Made by a program: the position numbers and the translations under genes. Positions 27,479-34,508 of a stretch of 43,546 nt of DNA are shown here, in pieces. The DNA comes from an uncultured Leptospiraceae bacterium. Its GTDB lineage: Bacteria; Spirochaetota; DYNZ01. The DNA lies in NCBI GenBank assembly GCA_964501965.1, contig CAZCVM010000004.1, positions 1 to 43,546 on the forward strand, in the 5' to 3' direction. Position 1 is the stretch's first letter; each line of letters begins with the position of its first letter. Under the pieces are notes generated by a model. It saw only the letters and a list, made by a program, of their open reading frames with translations. It was not told where the DNA came from and ran no database searches.

Positions 27479-27577
27479 TTCTAGGCTTGTATGATTTCGG
27501 TTCTATGAAATATTCTATTAAATAAGTGAGTTTTTAGCGGGTCGGGTCTCAGGACTTGTGTGACGCATATCTGTTGC

Positions 27578-27614
27578 CTTTGTTGGTGCGGTTCTCAGAC
27601 CCGCACCAACAAAG
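27578..27614. other. GC-rich perfect 14-bp stem-loop in a convergent intergenic region, with no U-tract on either strand
   Basis: ctttgttggtgcgg (27578-27591), 9-nt loop ttctcagac, ccgcaccaacaaag (27601-27614). The arms are exact reverse complements. Upstream, gcgggtc (27537-27543) is complementary to gacccgc (27598-27604). Confidence 0.6.
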
Positions 27615-27636
27615 AATCAAATATGTGATCTTGCCA

Positions 27637-28182
27637 TCAAAATTGGATGGCCCCTCGAATTGCGTTTGTAGCCACATTTGCTGCCTGACGCGCCTCTGTT
27701 CTTGGGATCATTAATTCTTTATTCAGTATATCTGTAATTAAGTTTTTCATTATTTTTTCTGTTTCATCGTCATCAAAAATGAAAAGTGAATAATTGTCTC
27801 CCCGAGGCGTATCTATAGTAAAACTCGACATGGATACAATAGGTTTTTTGCCGACCATGACCCGATTGTTTCGGTAGTCATTAAAGATTTCCAATTCATT
27901 GAAGCGATACGGTATAGTTTTGCCGCTGTCGCGAAATACAGGCTCTACGGATCTTTTTAGATAACCGCTGGGTTCGGTCAAAATATAAATTTTGTATCCG
28001 TCACTACGAAATGTTACAGCAGAACCATCTGAAACAATTTCTTTGACATTCGCGTAGCTGATAATTTCAATAATTGTGTAAATGCTCCCTTCTGGATCAT
28101 AAGTTGTTGTCAGTACATAGCCTCTTGTCAGTGGTAATTTATTTTGTTCATAAAGCTTGAATAGATGCTGCGGTCTTGCCAT
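27637..28182 (-). CDS. Hypothetical protein, 181 aa
   Basis: ORF with GGGAGA 6 nt upstream of the ATG. No TM helix or signal peptide. I recognise no motif. Confidence 0.6.
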   Translation of the reverse strand: MARPQHLFKLYEQNKLPLTRGYVLTTTYDPEGSIYTIIEIISYANVKEIVSDGSAVTFRSDGYKIYILTEPSGYLKRSVEPVFRDSGKTIPYRFNELEIFNDYRNNRVMVGKKPIVSMSSFTIDTPRGDNYSLFIFDDDETEKIMKNLITDILNKELMIPRTEARQAANVATNAIRGAIQF

Positions 28183-28216
28183 TTTGTTTCTCCCTTTTAA
28201 TTAATATTCGGTTTTA

Positions 28217-28561
28217 TTATTGATTTATTTTGCGGCCTAAATGGCCTTCTATGGATTCTATTTTTTTGGTCAACCGGTTTTGTTTGCCTTTACGATAATC
28301 CATTTTAACGGATATAGTGATTCTATCGCAATCTGAAGACATTTTATTGTAACATTGAGTTAGTACATCCAGTACTTCATGCCAGTCCCCTTCTACCACG
28401 GTCCCCATTGGGTTGAGTTTATAATCCAAACCAGATTTATCGATAATGTCCAAGGACCTGGATACATATTGACTAACGCTTGCCCCTTTATCTAAAGGAG
28501 TCATGCTAAATTCCATAAGAACATTCTTTTCATTATCGCTATTCTTGGTATTGCTTGGCAT
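28217..28561 (-). CDS. MTH1187/YkoF-family (DUF77, thiamine-binding-like) small protein
   Basis: MEFSMTPLDKGASVSQYVSRSLDIIDKSGLDYKLNPMGTVVEGDWHEVLDVL matches the family's ferredoxin-like repeat. AAGGA lies 7 nt upstream of the ATG at 28561. Confidence 0.7.
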   Translation of the reverse strand: MPSNTKNSDNEKNVLMEFSMTPLDKGASVSQYVSRSLDIIDKSGLDYKLNPMGTVVEGDWHEVLDVLTQCYNKMSSDCDRITISVKMDYRKGKQNRLTKKIESIEGHLGRKINQ

Positions 28562-28630
28562 GGCTCATTCCTTTTTTTTGATTAAATCAAATTGTAGTTT
28601 TGTATTGTACAATCTTTCAATATTTATTAT

Positions 28631-29149
28631 TTAATTTTTGGTGTTCAATGAATATTCTGTTGTTAAATGTTCAACAAAATTTTGGCATGATCTATCCAAA
28701 ATTTGGTAAATTTCTTCAAATCCGTTGATGCCACCGTAGTAGGGGTCTGGTACAGCGGCTGTTTTATTTGATGTCATTGGATCAAATTCACGCATCATAA
28801 TTATTTTGGCGTTGGATGAATTTCTTTGTCTATCAAACATTTTTCGCAAATTGTGAAAATTTTCTTCATCCATTGCTACTAGATAATGAAATTTTTCAAG
28901 CATTTTGGGAGATACTTGCTGGCCTCTGTGATCCGAAATATCTATGCCATATTTATGGGCGATTTGCTGGGTTCTAATATCAGGTGCTTGATCTATGTGC
29001 CAGTGCCCGGTCCCCGCTGATTCAATATTTATAAATTGCTCGAGTCCTTTTTGTTGGACGATTTTTCGCAATATACCTTCTGCTAACGGAGACCGGCATA
29101 TATTGCCTAGACAAACGAATAAAATCCGAATAGTTTGTGTGTCATTCAT
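28631..29149 (-). CDS. Low-molecular-weight protein-tyrosine phosphatase
   Basis: P-loop ILFVCLGNICRSPLAEG (C-x5-R-S) and the DPYYG general-acid loop. Confidence 0.9.
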   Translation of the reverse strand: MNDTQTIRILFVCLGNICRSPLAEGILRKIVQQKGLEQFINIESAGTGHWHIDQAPDIRTQQIAHKYGIDISDHRGQQVSPKMLEKFHYLVAMDEENFHNLRKMFDRQRNSSNAKIIMMREFDPMTSNKTAAVPDPYYGGINGFEEIYQILDRSCQNFVEHLTTEYSLNTKN

Positions 29150-29276
29150 ATATTTTGTCCGTTTAGATTGTCCTTTGAAGTTTCTATTTGTATTTTATAT
29201 CAATAATGCCTTTATTTTGTTGATGCATCCAATAGTGTTTATAAAAAGTCAACAAAAAATTGTAGTGAATAGAAAA

Positions 29277-29945
29277 TCATATTGCCTGCAATATACTATC
29301 CATAACAATTTTTCCATCAGAATTTCCTAGAATGGTTTCGCTGGCGCGCTCCGGATGGGGCATCATACCTATTACATTGCCGTTTTTATTGGTTATGCCT
29401 CCAATGTTTTTGTAAGAACCATTGGGGTTGTCTAAATATGAAAATATGATTTGTTCATTTTCCAATAGTTCTTGGTATCCAATGTCATCAATAAAATAAC
29501 TTCCTTCCCCATGAGCTATGGGCAATGCAAACTCTTTGTTGCCAATATTTGATAAATATGCTGAACGCGGACTATGTCCTTTAAGAGGTGTCTTTCTACA
29601 TTTGAACAATAGGTCTTTGTTCAACACCAATGCGCCAGGCAAAAGTGAAGCTTCGCACAAAATTTGAAAACCATTGCATATACCCAGCACAGGTTTGCCG
29701 CTTTCTGCGAATTGTATGATGGATTGCATGGCTGCAGAAAATCGGGCAACTGCGCCAGCTCTCAAATAATCACCATAAGAGAAACCGCCTGGCAAAATGA
29801 TAAGATCATAGTCTTGTATAGAAAAGTTGTCTTTGTGCCATATAAAATTCGTTGGATATTGGTATACATTTTTAGTGACATGAAAACAATCCCTGTCACA
29901 ATTGGAACCAGGAAAGACCAAAACGCCCACTGTTTTTTGTTTCAT
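29277..29945 (-). CDS. purQ: Phosphoribosylformylglycinamidine synthase, glutaminase subunit
   Basis: VLVFPGSNCDRD, GICNGFQIL (nucleophile Cys) and MMPHPER. Confidence 0.9.
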   Translation of the reverse strand: MKQKTVGVLVFPGSNCDRDCFHVTKNVYQYPTNFIWHKDNFSIQDYDLIILPGGFSYGDYLRAGAVARFSAAMQSIIQFAESGKPVLGICNGFQILCEASLLPGALVLNKDLLFKCRKTPLKGHSPRSAYLSNIGNKEFALPIAHGEGSYFIDDIGYQELLENEQIIFSYLDNPNGSYKNIGGITNKNGNVIGMMPHPERASETILGNSDGKIVMDSILQAI

Positions 29946-30007
29946 TGAATACCTTGAATACTTTTCAGTTTATTAATTTAAATAGTGAATCATGCCAAAT
30001 AGAACAA

Positions 30008-30268
30008 TCATTTGATTTCTTGTATTTGCAAATGATAGGCTTCGATAACTTTGTTTACTAGCAATTTATCGCAAACATTGTCGGCTATAGTTTTTGCGGT
30101 TGCTAGATTATCTGCTTCCACATTTAACTGTATCCATTTGCCTATTCGGACATCTGTAATTTCTTCAAAGGACAGGTTTTCCAAAGCATTTTTTACTACC
30201 TGTCCTTGAGGATCCAAAACGGATTCTTTGAGTGATATATAAATATCAGCATGAAATTTTTGGGACAT
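30008..30268 (-). CDS. purS: Phosphoribosylformylglycinamidine synthase subunit PurS
   Basis: 86-aa protein with the PurS pattern (VLDPQGQVVKNAL..L.F..I.DVR.GK). It lies immediately upstream of purQ. Confidence 0.85.
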   Translation of the reverse strand: MSQKFHADIYISLKESVLDPQGQVVKNALENLSFEEITDVRIGKWIQLNVEADNLATAKTIADNVCDKLLVNKVIEAYHLQIQEIK

Positions 30269-30338
30269 TATTTTGCCTTTTTTTGAATTTGTTTTTTACC
30301 ATACTTTTTTGTGTTTTGTATTTGTCTTGTATTTTTTG

Positions 30339-32888
30339 TTATGCATGATCTTGCTTTTTTGCTGTTGCCTTTATTTTGTCTAGTTTTTCGTCATTTTTGT
30401 TTTCTTCGTTGCCTTCTTTGTTGTTTTTTTCGTTGTTTTCTTCGTCCATTGTATGCAGGTCTTCCGGTGCGATAGTCTCTTTGATGGACTCGGTGTTCAT
30501 GCTATGCCGATCAATAAGATTTTGCATGGTTATATTCTTTAACTTTTGATGTCGGAAACTTTCTATTTCTGTGAAATGTTTTTGGATTTCATTTTTTAAT
30601 GTATGTTTTGAAGAAAATTTGGGGACAAAGAATGACCTTTGCAACATTAAGTTGGTGATTTCATCCAGGTTAATAAGCTTGGCTGCCTTTAACGGTACAT
30701 AAATATCATGTTCGTCCATGAATTTAATATAGCCATTTTCTTCAAAGGTGAGCATTACATTGCCATATTCTTCTTGATTCGCGTTCATTAAATGCCGCAG
30801 TTGTTTATCCTGTGTTGTTCCTTTGCCGAGTTCATAATTGCGGTAAATATGAAACAATATATTTATCGCGTCAAAGAGGTATATTTCTTCGGTATTTTTC
30901 TTTTGGAAAAAAGTCTTACTGGCATACGAGGATGGGTGATGCAGAGTGTATGTGATTTCTGCGCCAAATAAGGTTATCACCGCTGAGGCATAGATCATCA
31001 ATAAGAAGATAGGGATGATAGCCAAAGCTCCATAAATGGCTTGTGTGCCTCCGGTTAGATTTTTGACATAAAACATAAAACTCAGAATAAAAATAACCCA
31101 TACGGCAGAAGTCACAGAAGCTCCAATGGCAGCCGGTTTGTATGGAACCTTTGTGTTTGGCAATGTTATGTAGGCGACAATAAAAAGCAGCCAGATAACA
31201 GCAAAGGGAGCAAGAAAATTGATTAAGGAATACCAGAAACTTTTACCACCCATAACTTTTTGCCATTGAGCGTTTGCCAGGTTTGTTATCGCTTTTGTTT
31301 TGTATGCGGAAAAATTTTCGCCAAAGGCGAATATCTGGTTGTTGTATTGGGCCAGGGAATAAAAACTCCAGCCAGAGTGTTTTTCTCTTGTCCAGCGTTC
31401 ACCGCTGTCTATGGTGTGCAATAAATACCCATCTTGTCCGGATACAATGGCTTGTTTTGGTCCCAATGCTATTATGGAATAGTAGTCTTGATTGGCTCGA
31501 TTGCGTTTGAGCCATTGTTTGCCCTGGGTGGTAGAATAAAGAATCAGCCCCTTGGCTCCTGTCAGCCACATTTCACCTTGCGCGTTGATGCTTATATCAT
31601 GCAATGCAACATATTTGTTGCGTATCTTGGCAAGGGGAATTTGCTGAAATTGCCAGGTTGCTCCATTGTCCATGCTCGTAATAATCGTCCCCTTATCTCC
31701 TAAAATATACCCCTGATTGTTGGCAAAAAAGATTTTATTGAGATCAAAATGCTGCAAATTGATCAATGGATTGTTGATTTCCGGCAGTATTTGCGTCCAA
31801 TTTTTGCCACTGTCTGAGGTTTTCAAGATGATCCCATTGCGTGCAATCAGCCATCCGTTTTTTGAATCTTCAAAATGGATATCTTGGATCTGTAATCCGC
31901 CAAAAGTGCCGGTCAGATTTATTTTGCCGAAACGAATGATATTCCATCTTTTTCCATTGTCATTGGAAAAAAGCACACTTCCATTTTCCGATGTTATCCA
32001 TAAGTTTTGTCCGTGATGATGAATGGCATTGTATTGAGCTTTTGTCAAATCTTTCAAGCTAAGACTTGCAGTTGATTTGTTTTCTTCCGCAATAGGTGCA
32101 ATGTCCCGCGCTTCAATCGAGGAATGGATAATGTATATCTTTTGGTTGTCCAGATCAATTTTTGTAAAATCCAAAGAGGCTTGTTGTTTCATATTGGCAT
32201 TTGTCTGTGTGATTAGGCCTCGGTCGCCAATAAGCCAAATTTTATTTTGGACCACAGCAGTATCATGGATGGTAGGCATTGTAAAGATATTGGCCATGAT
32301 TCCGGCCATAGAACCGCCAATGGCAAGCAAAAGCGGGCCCAATGTCAATGCAGCCCAATAATAGATGACTTTCATCATCACTGAGCGTTGTACTTGCACT
32401 TTCCAAATAGTATTGAATGTTTTTTCCAGAGTTCTCAATACAGCAGTGGCGGAAAAGATTAATACCAATAAACCAATACCACCAATGCCGGCAGCATTGT
32501 CTGTCAGACCAATAATGGCATTGGTAAAAGGACTGATATCAATATTGAGATTGTGTTCTTTGATATATTGTTCCGCAATTTTAATAATTTGTTCTTTTTT
32601 GTTGCCAAGGCCTCCGTATGCGGAAAATAAGGAAAAACCAACTGTTAGCATTGGTATAAGAGATACTATGGTAGTATAGGCAATCGCAGAAGCTCTGGAA
32701 AGACAATCATCTTTCAGGAATTTGTGAGCAGAAACAGTAATCACTTTCAGGGCATTGATAAATATGGAACTTATTTTGTTAAATTCTTTTTCAATATTCC
32801 AAATATCATCCCAAAATTGTTTGGCTTGTTCTGTGAGACTTTTTTTGATTTTTTTATTTTTTGTTTGAACTTCTGTCTTTTTTTTCAT
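30339..32888 (-). CDS. YihY/BrkB-family membrane protein with an inserted Asp-box (BNR/Ycf48-like) beta-propeller and a long C-terminal extension
   Basis: YihY-like TM segments at aa ~60-200 (SRASAIAYTTIVSLIPML...) and ~550-650 (...LPNTKVPYKPAAIGA...LFGAEITY). Between them are five S/T-x-D-x-G-x-x-W-like motifs at aa 308, 358, 405, 452 and 492. The C-terminal tail is rich in E, N and K. GGAG lies 8 nt upstream of the ATG. Confidence 0.8.
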   Translation of the reverse strand: MKKKTEVQTKNKKIKKSLTEQAKQFWDDIWNIEKEFNKISSIFINALKVITVSAHKFLKDDCLSRASAIAYTTIVSLIPMLTVGFSLFSAYGGLGNKKEQIIKIAEQYIKEHNLNIDISPFTNAIIGLTDNAAGIGGIGLLVLIFSATAVLRTLEKTFNTIWKVQVQRSVMMKVIYYWAALTLGPLLLAIGGSMAGIMANIFTMPTIHDTAVVQNKIWLIGDRGLITQTNANMKQQASLDFTKIDLDNQKIYIIHSSIEARDIAPIAEENKSTASLSLKDLTKAQYNAIHHHGQNLWITSENGSVLFSNDNGKRWNIIRFGKINLTGTFGGLQIQDIHFEDSKNGWLIARNGIILKTSDSGKNWTQILPEINNPLINLQHFDLNKIFFANNQGYILGDKGTIITSMDNGATWQFQQIPLAKIRNKYVALHDISINAQGEMWLTGAKGLILYSTTQGKQWLKRNRANQDYYSIIALGPKQAIVSGQDGYLLHTIDSGERWTREKHSGWSFYSLAQYNNQIFAFGENFSAYKTKAITNLANAQWQKVMGGKSFWYSLINFLAPFAVIWLLFIVAYITLPNTKVPYKPAAIGASVTSAVWVIFILSFMFYVKNLTGGTQAIYGALAIIPIFLLMIYASAVITLFGAEITYTLHHPSSYASKTFFQKKNTEEIYLFDAINILFHIYRNYELGKGTTQDKQLRHLMNANQEEYGNVMLTFEENGYIKFMDEHDIYVPLKAAKLINLDEITNLMLQRSFFVPKFSSKHTLKNEIQKHFTEIESFRHQKLKNITMQNLIDRHSMNTESIKETIAPEDLHTMDEENNEKNNKEGNEENKNDEKLDKIKATAKKQDHA

Positions 32889-32970
32889 GTAAGTACTCCA
32901 TAAAGGATATTGCTAATAATTATAATTTCTAAAGAATAAAACTAAGAAAAAATAAAAAGTAGGCTTAACT

Positions 32971-33501
32971 ATGCAACAAAAAAAAGAAAACAATGAAGAA
33001 AATCCATTAGACACAAGTATAAACTCCGCTACTGATACTGGGCCGCATTTTCATGTTCATTTCCATGATATTGATGAGACTGTGGCGCGTGAATTGGCTC
33101 TCAATTTGGCTTTGGATTTGAAAAAAACTCAAGAAAAAATTGATCTGTTACGTTCTGAAATAAATGAATGGCAACAACGGCTTTCCGGCATAAATAAACT
33201 CAATGAATCTGATATTCAAACGAAAATCCAGGCTCGAATTGAAAACCTGCGTGTTCAAATGAATCAATACCAGAATCATAAAGCTGATTTGAAAGAAGAA
33301 ATCCATACTGTAAATAGCCAGGCTTCGTCTGCTTCGCAGGAAAATGAAGCCAAAATAAGCATTGTCCGCAACTCCATAGAACAAATGCTGGGGCAAAAAA
33401 TGGATGACATACTTATGGAAGAAAAAATGGCTCAGCTTGAAACACAAAAAAAAGTGGATCAGGATTTGGATATGCTAAAAAAACAATTGCAGGATAAATA
33501 G
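32971..33501 (+). CDS. Hypothetical coiled-coil protein
   Basis: 176-aa ORF with heptad-like Q/E/K/L-rich sequence throughout. It is divergent from the yihY-like gene. I recognise no family. Confidence 0.5.
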   Translation: MQQKKENNEENPLDTSINSATDTGPHFHVHFHDIDETVARELALNLALDLKKTQEKIDLLRSEINEWQQRLSGINKLNESDIQTKIQARIENLRVQMNQYQNHKADLKEEIHTVNSQASSASQENEAKISIVRNSIEQMLGQKMDDILMEEKMAQLETQKKVDQDLDMLKKQLQDK

Positions 33502-33569
33502 TTTTTTATGTATTCATTTCAACCAGAGCAAAAGCAAATAAACAATGAGAATAATAGGACAATTCGTTT

Positions 33570-33893
33570 ATGACATCCGAAGAAGAATATAAATATTGGA
33601 TTGAAAAATTTTATACCGGAACAATGTTTGTTCCCGGCTGGGACCAGCAAATTCATAAAGCTTTGGATGGCTTGTCTCCCGAGGATAAAAGCATGGTAGA
33701 AACGGCGTTGCGTGCTCTTGGAGATAAAATATGTCTGGAGTGGGCCAAAGACAATCGTATTCGAAGAATTGATAATAAGGATCTAATTAGTTTTGGTGAT
33801 AGGATCAAGCAGGCTAAAAAAAATGGTTTAGAAAGTTTAATGCAAGAAATACGTGTATTGGATCAGATGGTGGACGATCGTTTGGCAGAATAA
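33570..33893 (+). CDS. Hypothetical small protein, 107 aa
   Basis: ATG-initiated ORF. Its last 31 nt overlap the 3' end of the convergent TM2 gene. I recognise no motif. Confidence 0.45.
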   Translation: MTSEEEYKYWIEKFYTGTMFVPGWDQQIHKALDGLSPEDKSMVETALRALGDKICLEWAKDNRIRRIDNKDLISFGDRIKQAKKNGLESLMQEIRVLDQMVDDRLAE

Positions 33894-34372
33894 GTTTGCG
33901 CATCATTAATATCTGAAGTGCTGTGAGAGAAATTTAGCAGTCGATAGACAATTATTCCGGTTTCTGATACTTCCATATCCGCATAGCCTTTTTGTACCAT
34001 TTTTTCCAGCTCAATTTTGGCATTATCCAGAGACACAGGTGTATCCACCGCTATGTCCATTGGTGTGATGAGCCCCTTTTTTTTCTGAGCAACTTGCAAT
34101 ATAATTTTTTCGATATCTGTAGGATTGGTTATGGGTGTAGAATGGTGAGAGTTGTTGTATGTGTTTGAATCAGAAAAGTGTTTATTGTTAAATGCCCTTA
34201 CCTGTGCCGGCAAAGTAAATAAATCTATGAGCCAGCCAATACCGAAAAAACCTAGTGTAAAAAAATAAAGCAATCCAACACCGATTTTTTCCAAATAAAA
34301 TTTGTGTCCGCCCATGATTCCCAAAAAATACCACAATACATAAGCTACACCAAGATTGCGTCTTTCTTTCAT
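33863..34372 (-). CDS. TM2-domain membrane protein with a C-terminal soluble domain
   Basis: GVAYVLWYFLGIMGGHKFYLEKIGVGLLYFFTLGFFGIGWLIDLF is the TM2 two-helix signature (G.HKFY ... G..W..D). Confidence 0.75.
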   Translation of the reverse strand: MKERRNLGVAYVLWYFLGIMGGHKFYLEKIGVGLLYFFTLGFFGIGWLIDLFTLPAQVRAFNNKHFSDSNTYNNSHHSTPITNPTDIEKIILQVAQKKKGLITPMDIAVDTPVSLDNAKIELEKMVQKGYADMEVSETGIIVYRLLNFSHSTSDINDAQTYSAKRSSTI

Positions 34373-34412
34373 AATTTTTGTCCTAAATCATTTTGAATAT
34401 TAATAAAAGAAT

Positions 34413-34474
34413 ACCCTGAAATGATATTAATGATATTATTGGTTTCTATCATTTTTGTAAAATCATTTCAGGGT
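34413..34474. promoter_or_regulatory. 13-bp perfect inverted repeat with a 36-nt spacer that contains a tandem 9-mer
   Basis: accctgaaatgat (34413-34425) and atcatttcagggt (34462-34474). atgatatta occurs twice in tandem (34421-34438). The element lies between the Fe-S oxidoreductase stop and the TM2 gene start, both on the minus strand. Confidence 0.4.
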
Positions 34475-34508
34475 GATTCTCAAGCAAATCGTTTTTTTTG
34501 TGCGTTGG

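Noticed and set aside
30397-30445. A 13-nt direct repeat ttgttttcttcgt at 30397-30409 and 30433-30445, 36 nt apart, in the 3' end of the yihY-like gene.
   Set aside because: It is an in-frame duplication that encodes the E/N/K low-complexity tail (..EEN..). It is best explained as low-complexity coding sequence, not a regulatory or mobile repeat.
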